NCBI GenBank assembly: GCA_040222015.1
Contig: JAVJWO010000206.1
Span: 1 to 21,126, forward strand
Length of the DNA: 21,126 nt
Direction: 5' to 3'
From: Coleofasciculus chthonoplastes F2-STO-03
Lineage (GTDB): Bacteria; Cyanobacteriota; Cyanobacteriia; Cyanobacteriales; Coleofasciculaceae
Below are positions 1 to 8,270 of this stretch, in pieces. The position numbers were made by a program, and so were the translations under genes. How positions within the stretch are numbered: the stretch's first letter is position 1; every line of letters starts with the position of its first letter. The notes under the pieces were generated by a model. The model made no database searches. It was not told the DNA's origin and saw nothing but the letters and a program-made list of their open reading frames with translations.

Positions 1-9
1 GGTTTCCTT

Positions 10-192
10 ACTTTTCACGGGATCTGGAAAACCTCTCTCCAAACCTCTCTCCTGAAGAGAGAGAAGGCTTTGAATTCTCCCCCTTCCGTGCAACAAAAGT
101 GAAGCATCCTCTGTCCTCCCCCCTCTTGTAGGGGGGAACGAGGGGGGTAGGGGAGAACGAGAGGGGTGGGAAGGGGGCTGGGGGGTTAGGTT
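10..192. repeat. Composite cyanobacterial dispersed palindromic repeat (ACTTTTCACGGGATCTGGAAAACCTCTCTCC... joined to CTCCCCCTTCC...GGGAAGGGGGCTGGGGGGTTAGG, with extra G/C-rich hairpins in the loop)
   Basis: 10-83 is a near-identical inverted copy of 16724-16795; the right part matches 3483-3521 and 18400-18434. Confidence 0.8.
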
Positions 193-210
193 TGATGTTG
201 ATTTTTCCAC

Positions 211-254
211 ATGACAAATAACAAATGACAAATGACAAATGACGAATGACAAAT
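211..254 (+). repeat. STRR-type heptamer tandem repeat (ATGACAA/ATGACGA), overlapping the kinase start codon
   Basis: About 6 tandem heptamers read directly. Confidence 0.9.
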
Positions 255-2075
255 TACTGTATTAATCCAAACTGCTCCAACCCTGAAAACTCAACCACTC
301 AAAACTTCTGCCCAACCTGTGGCACAAAACTTATCCTCGCAGAACGATATCGTCCGCTGCGACTTCTGGGTGCTGGAGGATTAGGTAGAACACTGTTAGC
401 CGAGGATACATCTCAACCCTCAATCCCTTACTGTGCCATCAAACAATTGTACCCCCAAGGACAAAACAATTCCCCAAAAGCTACCCAATTATTTCATCAA
501 GAAGCCGAACGATTACAAGAATTAGGCAACCATCCCCAAATCCCTGAATTCTTAGCCTATTTTGAGCATGATAATTGTCAGTACATTGTCCAGGAATTTA
601 TTGATGGACAGAATCTGAATCAAGAGTTAGCCCAACTCGGTGCATTTTCCGAAAAGCAGGTTCGCTCTCTGCTGAGTGACTTACTCCCCGTACTGCAATT
701 TATTCACCAAGGCAACGTCATTCATCGAGATATTAAACCGGAGAATATTATTCGGCGGCGTCGCGATAATAAATTAGTCCTCGTCGATTTCGGGGCGGCG
801 AAATATGCGACCTGGACAATATTAGCCAAAACGGGGACAACCATTGGTTCTGCTGGATATGCTGCACCTGAACAAACCTTTGGGAAAGCTGTCTTTGCTA
901 GCGATATCTATAGTTTGGGCGTTACCTGCATTCACTTGTTAACCCAAATACAGCCGTTTGATTTATATGAACCCCTAGAAAGTGGGTTTATCTGGCGACA
1001 GTATTTAGTTAATAATCCAATTAGTCAAGACTTGGCTGAACTGCTGGACAAAATGATTGATCCGGTGATGAAACAGCGCTATCAATCGGTTGAGCAAGTT
1101 CTCCAAGATTTCCATCACGGTGGAACAAGTCGGGTAACGATTCAACAAACTATTCCATCTCAACCCCTAAACGTTAATGCTTCGCTGGTCAATACAATTC
1201 AAGGTCATGGTGGGAGAATCTCCACTATCACCTTCAGCCCCGATAAAAAAAGTCTGGCTAGTGGTAGTGTTGATAAAACGATTAAACTGTGGCAAGTGAG
1301 TATGGCATGGGAAATTCGTACCTTTGGTGGCTGGTTTTCTGGGAAGCACAGTAAGGAGATCACCTGTCTGGCATTTAGCCCGGATGGAAAATATCTAGTC
1401 AGTGGAAGTCGGGATGAAACCCTAAAATTATGGCAGGTACAAACCGGAAAACAATTGGTTAGTGTCAAAAGCCATAAAGGTGGGGTTGATTCAGTCGCTT
1501 TTAACCCCAATAAACGTTTTGTGGCGAGTTGCGGTAGAGATAACAAAATTCGGATTTGCCAGAGTAACACGTTGAAAACGATACAGGTTTTATCGAGTCG
1601 TTCCAGTGGATTTAATTGTGTCGCCTTTAGTCCCGATAGGCAAATCTTGGCGAGTGGAAGTGGGTATCGAACCATTAAACTGTGGTACGTTCCCCACTGG
1701 CAAAGGTTAGGAACTCTAGCCGGACATATCAATTCCGTTGATGCGATCGCGTTTAGTCCTGATAGTATGATTCTAGCCAGTGGCAGTTCAGACGCGACGA
1801 TTCGGTTATGGGATATTCGCACTCTGACTCAAACCACCTTGATACAAGGGAATTTTCCCCAAGTGCGTTCCCTCGCCTTTAGTCCCGATGGGCGTCTCCT
1901 CGCCAGTTGCGGTGGTGATAACACGATTAGAATTTGGGATGTTGCAACTGGACAAGAATGTTGTACTCTCGAAGGACATACGGACATTGTTCAGGTTGTG
2001 GCATTTAGCCCCGATGGACAAACCTTGGCGAGTGGGAGTTTGGATAAAACGATTAAAATTTGGCGTGTTTGGTAA
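246..2075 (+). CDS. Hanks-type Ser/Thr protein kinase with N-terminal 4-Cys zinc-binding prefix and C-terminal WD40 propeller
   Basis: YCINPNC...FCPTCG; LGAGGLG, AIK, HRDIKPEN, DFG, GYAAPEQ, SDIYSLG; about 7 WD40 repeats (GH...FSPDG..LASGS.D.TIKLW). Confidence 0.95.
   Translation: MTNYCINPNCSNPENSTTQNFCPTCGTKLILAERYRPLRLLGAGGLGRTLLAEDTSQPSIPYCAIKQLYPQGQNNSPKATQLFHQEAERLQELGNHPQIPEFLAYFEHDNCQYIVQEFIDGQNLNQELAQLGAFSEKQVRSLLSDLLPVLQFIHQGNVIHRDIKPENIIRRRRDNKLVLVDFGAAKYATWTILAKTGTTIGSAGYAAPEQTFGKAVFASDIYSLGVTCIHLLTQIQPFDLYEPLESGFIWRQYLVNNPISQDLAELLDKMIDPVMKQRYQSVEQVLQDFHHGGTSRVTIQQTIPSQPLNVNASLVNTIQGHGGRISTITFSPDKKSLASGSVDKTIKLWQVSMAWEIRTFGGWFSGKHSKEITCLAFSPDGKYLVSGSRDETLKLWQVQTGKQLVSVKSHKGGVDSVAFNPNKRFVASCGRDNKIRICQSNTLKTIQVLSSRSSGFNCVAFSPDRQILASGSGYRTIKLWYVPHWQRLGTLAGHINSVDAIAFSPDSMILASGSSDATIRLWDIRTLTQTTLIQGNFPQVRSLAFSPDGRLLASCGGDNTIRIWDVATGQECCTLEGHTDIVQVVAFSPDGQTLASGSLDKTIKIWRVW
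1743..1750. repeat. HIP1 octamer GCGATCGC (representative; also at 2740, 3123, 3770, 5191, 6800, 8930, 11382, 11653, 14528, 14825, 15236, 16075, 16290, 19664, 20075, 20665)
   Basis: Many exact copies in 21 kb, a cyanobacterial genome signature. Confidence 0.9.
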
Positions 2076-2078
2076 GAA

Positions 2079-2164
2079 TTGTCATTTGTCATTTGTCATT
2101 TGTCATTCGTCATTTGTCATTCGTCATTTGTCATTCGTCATTTGTCATTCGTCATTTGTCATTT
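2079..2164 (+). repeat. STRR-type heptamer tandem repeat (TCATTTG/TCATTCG), about 12 units
   Basis: Read directly; inverse of the 211-254 array. Confidence 0.95.
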
Positions 2165-2165
2165 A

Positions 2166-2240
2166 GTCGGGGCGGGTGTAGGGTGCGTTAGCAAAGCGTA
2201 ACGCACCATTTCAAACGATAGTAGTGAAACCCGCCCCTAC
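2166..2240. repeat. GTAG-family REP doublet (GGGGCGGGT...ACCCGCCCCTAC) with a nested second REP at 2178-2207
   Basis: Inverted arms; inner GTAG+GGTGCGTTA-N8-TAACGCACC hairpin nearly identical to 7645-7674. Confidence 0.8.
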
Positions 2241-2242
2241 AT

Positions 2243-2285
2243 AATCTCCCCTATCTCCCCCATCTTCCCCATCTTCCCCATCTCC
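2243..2285 (+). repeat. 9-mer tandem repeat (CCCCATCTT/C)
   Basis: Read directly. Confidence 0.8.
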
Positions 2286-2309
2286 CTCATCTACCTGTTC
2301 CCTGATAGT

Positions 2310-3428
2310 ATGACTCAACCGATTAACCTTTTCGAGTACGAATCATTAGCCCATCAACAGTTATCTCGAATGGCGCTAGATTATTACGCCAGTGGCGCTT
2401 GGGATGAAGTAACGTTACGCGATAATCGGACTGCGTTTGAGAAATTCAAACTTCGTCCCCGCATGTTAGTTGATGTCAGTCAGCGAGATTTAAGTACAAC
2501 GGTTTTAGGACAATCTCTCTCCCTACCGATTCTAATTGCGCCGACGGCATTTCAATGTTTAGCACATCCAGAGGGGGAAATCGTGACGGCGAAGGTAGCG
2601 GCGAATGTGGGTTCAGCGATGGTATTGAGTACCATGTCTACTCAACCGTTAGAAGAGGTGGCATTGACATCCAAACAGGTGCAGTCAGACTCTCAGACAG
2701 ATAGTCATTCTCCATTATGGTTTCAACTCTATGTGCATCGCGATCGCGCTTTGACTCAAAACTTAGTTGAACGGGCGGAAGCGGCGGGGTATAGCGCCCT
2801 CTGTCTCACCGTCGATGCGCCTGTTTTAGGGTGTCGAGAAAAGGATAAACGCAATCAGTTTACCTTACCCCTGGGGATGCAGTTGGCGAATTTAACCCAT
2901 CGAGATATTCCGGAAATCGTCGGCGAATCGGGGTTATTTGCCTATTTTGTCCAACAGCTTGACCCCGGCTTAACGTGGCAAGATTTGGAATGGTTACAGT
3001 CCTTGACAAAATTACCAATTATTGTTAAAGGAGTTTTACGTGGCGATGATGCACTGCGGGCGGTGGAACATGGGGCAAAAGCCGTGATTGTCTCCAATCA
3101 TGGGGGTAGACAATTGGATAGTGCGATCGCGTCAATTGATGCTCTTTCGGAAGTGGTTACGGCTGTAGGTGATCAAGTCGATGTGCTTATGGATGGAGGG
3201 ATTCGCCGTGGCACAGATGTCCTTAAAGCCTTAGCATTAGGGGCGAAAGCGGTGTTAGTGGGGCGTCCGGTATTGTGGGGATTAGCGGTGGCGGGAGAAG
3301 CGGGCGTACAGCATGTCTTGGAATTGTTGCGGGATGAGTTGGATATAGCAATGGCGTTGAGTGGTTGTGCCAAAGTAGAGGATATTGATCAGAGTTTACT
3401 CACTCTAGCGTTTAAGGGGACAGATTAA
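2310..3428 (+). CDS. FMN-dependent alpha-hydroxy-acid oxidase/dehydrogenase (glycolate/lactate oxidase family)
   Basis: YYASGA, LRPRMLVDVS, WFQLY, TVDAP..G.RE, SNHGGRQLD, DGGIRRGTDVLKALALGA motifs. Confidence 0.95.
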   Translation: MTQPINLFEYESLAHQQLSRMALDYYASGAWDEVTLRDNRTAFEKFKLRPRMLVDVSQRDLSTTVLGQSLSLPILIAPTAFQCLAHPEGEIVTAKVAANVGSAMVLSTMSTQPLEEVALTSKQVQSDSQTDSHSPLWFQLYVHRDRALTQNLVERAEAAGYSALCLTVDAPVLGCREKDKRNQFTLPLGMQLANLTHRDIPEIVGESGLFAYFVQQLDPGLTWQDLEWLQSLTKLPIIVKGVLRGDDALRAVEHGAKAVIVSNHGGRQLDSAIASIDALSEVVTAVGDQVDVLMDGGIRRGTDVLKALALGAKAVLVGRPVLWGLAVAGEAGVQHVLELLRDELDIAMALSGCAKVEDIDQSLLTLAFKGTD

Positions 3429-3482
3429 TCAGAATTTAGGACAAAAAGATAAAAAAATAGGTTAACTCAATAGATACACTGA

Positions 3483-3521
3483 CTCCCCTTCCCTGGTAGG
3501 GAAGGGGTTGGGGGTTAGGTT
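3483..3521. repeat. Dispersed hairpin repeat CTCCCCTTCCCTGGTAGGGAAGGGGTTGGGGGTTAGG between convergent genes
   Basis: Hairpin; same family as about 66-192 and 18400-18434. Confidence 0.8.
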
Positions 3522-3541
3522 GGTAAGAGTCTTAAGCCAAC

Positions 3542-4297
3542 TTATCGAACTTTTTTGCGCTTATCAACGATAACGACTTCTGGATCTTTATCGCCTTCTA
3601 GATCATGAGCTTGAACAACTTCTCGATGATTTGTTCTTGGCTGCTTAGCCGTTGACACAGGCTTTTGTTCTACATGTGTTTCTACATGTTCTTCTTTCAG
3701 GTGAACGTCTTCTTCATGCTCATGTTCAACCTGCTCAGGCGCCTCAAAGATTTCTAATTCTTCCGCATGGCGATCGCGCATAATTGAGGCAGCATGTTCT
3801 ACTTTCTCTTCACTGCCGCTAACCATCAACAAATAGTCGCCAGCTTTGACGCGCTCATTGTACACCTTGGCTTTCTCTTCCGGAATACCCAGACCAATCA
3901 AAGCGCCAACAATACCGCCTGCTGCTGCACCAACTCCGGCTCCGGCTAAGGTTGATCCTAACGCCCCTATCTCGGCTCCGGCGGCGAGGATTGGACCAAC
4001 ACCAGGAATCGCCAGTACACCGACGCCAATCAAGAAGCCACCGACACCACCAAGAATAGTACCCGTAGTCGCACCTATACCGGCTCCTTCTTTGGCTTCA
4101 TTCCCCTGTCTTTCGGTAATTTCCTTGGCACCTTCCACATCTTCGATATTCCGTGCTAGGAGAGAGACTCTCTCCATATCAAAATTCGCATCCTTGAGCG
4201 CCTGAATCGTATCTTGCAGATCTTCGCGCTTGGGGAAAATACCAACAACACGTTTGTAGTCACGGGTTTCGGGTACAAACTTTTCTTTTTCTAACAT
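3542..4297 (-). CDS. General stress protein (YflT/17M-like N-terminus, Gly-zipper membrane hairpin)
   Basis: VVGIF...A.F....S....; GAGIGATTG...LAIPGVGPILAAG...GALIGLGIPEEKAKVYNERVKAGDYLL. Confidence 0.85.
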   Translation of the reverse strand: MLEKEKFVPETRDYKRVVGIFPKREDLQDTIQALKDANFDMERVSLLARNIEDVEGAKEITERQGNEAKEGAGIGATTGTILGGVGGFLIGVGVLAIPGVGPILAAGAEIGALGSTLAGAGVGAAAGGIVGALIGLGIPEEKAKVYNERVKAGDYLLMVSGSEEKVEHAASIMRDRHAEELEIFEAPEQVEHEHEEDVHLKEEHVETHVEQKPVSTAKQPRTNHREVVQAHDLEGDKDPEVVIVDKRKKVR

Positions 4298-4430
4298 TAC
4301 TGTTTCCTTTGAATAAATTAAACAACGTTAGGCTTGAGTCAGCCCTTTGTTTTGGTTTTGACTAAAGCTATCCGGATGAAGTCAGAAGTATAACAACTAA
4401 TGTCACACTTTATCCTTCTGGACAAACTTA

Positions 4431-5258
4431 TTATTTGTTATCGACAGCAGAAGGAAAAATATCTTCGGCTACAATAACGGGTCTGTCTATATATCTAGAC
4501 CCAAACTCCTTAATCTTTTCTGCGTCCCAACCGAGGTCAGAATCCTGCAACAGCTTCGGGTCAAACTGACGCGCTACACCCGTCACGGTGACTCTTTCTC
4601 CTTCTTGAACAACGCTATCCTCAGCTTTAAGATTGCGATTGACACCAATCACTAAAACTCCGATATCATCTACCCAACCATCTTCAAATAGAGAGAATGA
4701 ACCGGGAGAGTAAATATCTCTAACATCACCCTCGACAGCAATAACTTTGTCGAAATAGCCTGTAGGTGCTTCCGCTAAGTCTTCAGTAGTCGGAGCCAGG
4801 GCGAGGGATTCAGCGATAATAACAGGTTTGTCTTCATACTCTGCATATTCGTCACCTAACTCTAAACCATAGTCGCTTTCGATCTCAGCAATTACCAATT
4901 GCGCGACTTCACCCGTTACTTGAATCGGCATCTCTTGATCCTCTGGAAGCTGGAAGGAAGATTCTGTAACATCCAGGATTAGAATAGATTCACCGCCCAA
5001 CTCCTCCGCCTGCACGACATAGCCAAAGTCACCCACTTTTTGTTCGACTGTGTTTCTAATTGTGACCTGTTTCCCGATGATGTCTTCGGTATTTTCAGCA
5101 ACATCCTCGGTGGTAACGTTAGTTTTTCCTTCTTGAATTTCCTCGTTACCCGTCGTGCAGCCAGGAAGCAGCAAAGCGACTAGAGCGAATGCGATCGCGC
5201 CTAAGTAAGTCCCTGTTCGTTTAGTCCATAAGGGGACGGAGTCTCCTTGATTCAACAT
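4431..5258 (-). CDS. Acidic lipoprotein with two OB-fold-like repeats
   Basis: Lipobox LLPGC; duplicated TTEDxAE...VxV.G.V...PVIxAE units. Confidence 0.8.
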   Translation of the reverse strand: MLNQGDSVPLWTKRTGTYLGAIAFALVALLLPGCTTGNEEIQEGKTNVTTEDVAENTEDIIGKQVTIRNTVEQKVGDFGYVVQAEELGGESILILDVTESSFQLPEDQEMPIQVTGEVAQLVIAEIESDYGLELGDEYAEYEDKPVIIAESLALAPTTEDLAEAPTGYFDKVIAVEGDVRDIYSPGSFSLFEDGWVDDIGVLVIGVNRNLKAEDSVVQEGERVTVTGVARQFDPKLLQDSDLGWDAEKIKEFGSRYIDRPVIVAEDIFPSAVDNK

Positions 5259-5551
5259 GATTATTCCTATTGCTAGAACGAAAGTTGCTGCTGATTATCG
5301 TAGCCAACTCAACCATCGAACTTGTTGACGGTTAGATGGAGGTTGTCGTAAAACGTTCGTTAGTTGTGGCGTTTTACGTATTGCACTTAACCTAACATTC
5401 GCTCTAAAAAGTCCTTTGTGTATCTATCAGGAGAGTGACTTTCTCTCTATGACTAATTGCAGATTATTCCGGAAGCTTGAGCGGTTATTCCTTTTCAAGA
5501 TAGGCACAGGGGAGATTGAGGGTGTCATTAATTTCTGCAATAATAGTTGGA

Positions 5552-5902
5552 ATGCAAACACTCAACACCCTAGCTCTAACCCTCCTATTAGGCGTCACCC
5601 TAACGGTTTCACCCTTTGCCAAACCCGTTCAGGCACAACCCTGGCGTCCTGTACGTGGTAGTGTCCTGTTTGGGATTAGTGGTATGGTACTCCTCGAACA
5701 GCAAGAGGATTCCACTTCGTTTCTAATTGTTCATGACAATAAAGGGGTAGGGGAAGGGCGTCTGGCGATGATCAGGATTACAGGCGAACAAGCCCCTGAA
5801 TATTTCCCGATCAACTGGTCAAACCAACCTTTACCTGTAGATTTAGGGACAGATGATGAAAATAGGGGTTCATCGGTTTGGGGTTTTGACGGAATGTTTT
5901 AA
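5552..5902 (+). pseudogene. Probably 3'-truncated secreted beta-propeller-like protein; last ~18 codons look like foreign read-through
   Basis: Signal peptide (..PVQA), ISG..., FLIVHDNK, LPVDL then abrupt change at about 5845 into repeat/IS-end-like DNA; truncation is inferred. Confidence 0.55.
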
Positions 5903-5975
5903 TCCCTTACTTTTCAACGCATTGATAAGCTGTTCGGCATTTAAACTTAATGTCAAGAATTGCGAAATCGTTGGT

Positions 5976-6083
5976 GTGCGAGCATCTTGCTCGCTACTAT
6001 AGCAAAAGGCAGAGGGCAGAGGGCGGGTTTTGTTGAATATTTATTGGTAGATATCTGAATTGAGTCCCTAAACCCGCCCCTAC
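5976..6083. repeat. REP cluster: GTAGCGAGCAAGATGCTCGCAC (minus, 5976-5997) and a GGGCGGGTTT...AAACCCGCCCCTAC doublet (6021-6083)
   Basis: Hairpins with GTAG ends; doublet arms match 2166-2240. Confidence 0.75.
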
Positions 6084-6115
6084 AATTCACCAACGGCTCT
6101 GACTCAATCAACACT

Positions 6116-6574
6116 TTAGCTACTCCGCTCAATTTTTTTAAACAGTCTCAAAATCAGTAAAATAAATAGAGCAGAAATTAAACTCAAACCCCATAATCCA
6201 CACCCTGCCGCCACTCCCAACCCTGATGACACCCAAATCGCCGCCGCCGTAGTCAGTCCCCGAATTCTGTATCCTTGTCGCTGCGGCTGAGATTCTTGTA
6301 CGATCACTCCTGCACCTAAAAATCCTACGCCACCGATAATGCCTTGAATCACGCGAGGAAGTGCATCGGCGCTTTGTTCAGCAACACCAATTAATATGGG
6401 TATCAGCGTAAAAAACGCCGAACCAAAGCTAACTAAAATATGGGTTCTCAACCCGGCTGGTTTATCTTTGATTTCCCGTTCAAAGCCGATAATTCCTCCC
6501 ACCAGTAAAGCCATACCGAGTCGGAGTCCTATCCCTAACCAATCATTTGGCGCAAGTATATAAATGTTTGACAT
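6116..6574 (-). CDS. MgtC/SapB family membrane protein
   Basis: IGFERE..KPAGLRTH, GVGFLGAGVI, GLTTAAAIW signature motifs. Confidence 0.92.
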   Translation of the reverse strand: MSNIYILAPNDWLGIGLRLGMALLVGGIIGFEREIKDKPAGLRTHILVSFGSAFFTLIPILIGVAEQSADALPRVIQGIIGGVGFLGAGVIVQESQPQRQGYRIRGLTTAAAIWVSSGLGVAAGCGLWGLSLISALFILLILRLFKKIERSS

Positions 6575-6612
6575 CAATTGACATCCTTTCCAACTAACTC
6601 TTTTGAGTATAG

Positions 6613-6726
<114 letters not shown>

Positions 6727-6847
6727 ATGTGCTGAAACCATTACAGTGCCGTGACTTTGAGGAATGCTTTTTCCAAAACGGGATGCTCCCAATCAAATAG
6801 CGATCGCCTAGCCAGCAGAAAATTTGTCACACATTTGTGTAGGAATG

Positions 6848-7333
6848 CTATTTGCAATGGTTAGCATTCCTAGTTCGAGTAGTAGTCACTACTGTACCCG
6901 TTCCTCTACGGGCATTGAAACCACGGCTTTTAAGTTCCGCTACAAATTTATTTGCTTTTGAGCGGTTGTAGAACGAGGCGACTATAATTTGATTCGCAGC
7001 ATTAGCGTAAGCATCACAGCAGTAATACTTGCGAATTCTTCGCAAATTTGAGTCAGTATAATTGACATAAACGCGATACCATTTATTTGTTCCACCTGCA
7101 CTGATATCGCCACAAAAACTCATGGGAAAATCAAATGCAGAAGTCTTTTTAATCGTATGAGTTTTAATATTTTCTTGAGGAGTAAATAATTGAAATAGTC
7201 CATAGCCTGTCACAATCAGAAAACTAGCAACCGTTGAAACTATCAACCTTTTTTTGCTAAAAAACTTAGGTCGTTGGTGTTTTTGCAAGGCGATAAGGAT
7301 CTTTCGCTTAATTTCTTCTTCGTCATTCCTCAT
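6848..7333 (-). CDS. Cassette-2 single-pass membrane protein: basic N-terminal peptide, TM helix, Cys-containing SPOR-like outer domain
   Basis: MRNDEEEIKRKILIALQKHQRPKFFSKKRL + hydrophobic helix; IIVASF.NRSKA.KF..ELKSRGF resembles SPOR-like folds; start overlaps the stop of the ATPase-tail duplicate by 11 nt. Confidence 0.75.
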   Translation of the reverse strand: MRNDEEEIKRKILIALQKHQRPKFFSKKRLIVSTVASFLIVTGYGLFQLFTPQENIKTHTIKKTSAFDFPMSFCGDISAGGTNKWYRVYVNYTDSNLRRIRKYYCCDAYANAANQIIVASFYNRSKANKFVAELKSRGFNARRGTGTVVTTTRTRNANHCK

Positions 7334-7629
7334 CACAATTTCCTTCTCTGGCTATAGCTGCTTTAACTTTTTCCGTGATTTGCTTGTTTTCTTTTGGAGT
7401 CAAACTATTGGATTCTGAAGCAACATTAATCCGGGATTTTTTGATACCTTCGATAGATTTGCGTAAATCGGTTAATTCGATCTGGTTTTTTCTCTGGCGT
7501 GCAACTCTCATCGCCGCATCAATCACGGCATTTTTAATATCGCGACCGCAAATATCATCCTCTTTAGCTAGTTCTTCAACTAACACATCCTTGGCTTTTG
7601 GCATTTTGTCTGGGAGATGTTTTCCCCAG
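7323..7629 (-). pseudogene. Orphan duplicate of the AAA+ ATPase C-terminal ~100 codons (lid and tail), no true start
   Basis: WGKHLPDKMPKAKDVLVEELAKEDDICGRDIKNAVIDAAMR matches the 8260-9396 product; 7516-7629 vs 8465-8578 = 108/114 identical. Confidence 0.92.
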
Positions 7630-7644
7630 TCACGCCAGTAGGGT

Positions 7645-7674
7645 GTAGGGTGCGTTAGCGAAGCGTAACGCACC
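7645..7674 (+). repeat. GTAG-family REP GTAGGGTGCGTTAGCGAAGCGTAACGCACC at the cassette junction
   Basis: Perfect 9-bp stem; copies at 2178-2207 and 14140-14191. Confidence 0.85.
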
Positions 7675-7747
7675 ATTACTGAACTAAGGTTTAAATGCCG
7701 AACATTGATTCAAAATCAGCCTTTTTTATAAAAATTTTATGTGTACA

Positions 7748-8270
7748 TCACTTGTCTTTACCAATACTAAAGTTAAATGTTTTTTTGTTCGCCCACAAGT
7801 CACCACAGTAGGCTGTAACTTTTCCTTTGTAATTTCCTCGATTGAAATGTCTGTTAGGCATATATAAAGTACGATTTTTATATATGCTATATTGATAGGT
7901 TGGTCGAAACCTTCTGCCAACTGACAATTGATTATCTGTTGTTTGATAACCAGGAATAGTGCTTCTTACCTTGCGACCGTTCTTATGATAAAAGTACACA
8001 GTAGTATTACATTTATGACCTTTCAAGTGTGCCGTCTTCAATTCAAAATTAATTCTTATGTTTTTACCAGAAGATCTGGCTAAATTATGTTGAATGTCGA
8101 GTTTGCTTATATTTATTCTAGGCTGGCTTTCCCAAATAAAAAAACCTACGATTGCCAAAGCTAAAAAACCCGAAAAAAAACAATCGATTTTTATCAAAAA
8201 ATTTTGTTTTTTGTTTTCTTTTTAGAGCCTGAAGATTTTTTTTACTAATTTCTTTTTCGTCATGTCTCAT
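7748..8270 (-). pseudogene. Cassette-1 single-pass membrane protein with beta-rich basic outer domain; +1 frameshift in a homopolymer tract near 8163-8180
   Basis: ATG at 8270 gives MRHDEKEISKKNLQALKRKQKTKFFDKNRL (homologous to the cassette-2 N-terminus) but stops at 8118; removing one base from A8 (8173-8180) or A6 (8163-8168) joins it to ORF 7748-8197. Confidence 0.8.

Noticed and set aside
8..238. 76-aa minus-strand ORF
   Set aside because: Made entirely of repeat DNA
2079..2164. Tandem arrays as a CRISPR
   Set aside because: 7-9 bp units with no spacers; no cas genes in the window
1888..2166. 92-aa ORF with HLSFVIC repeats
   Set aside because: Alternative frame of the kinase running into the STRR array
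7630..7676. ATG at 7676 as a real start for the 117-aa ORF
   Set aside because: The start and first ~15 codons come from the REP; no RBS. Fortuitous expression of the tail cannot be fully excluded
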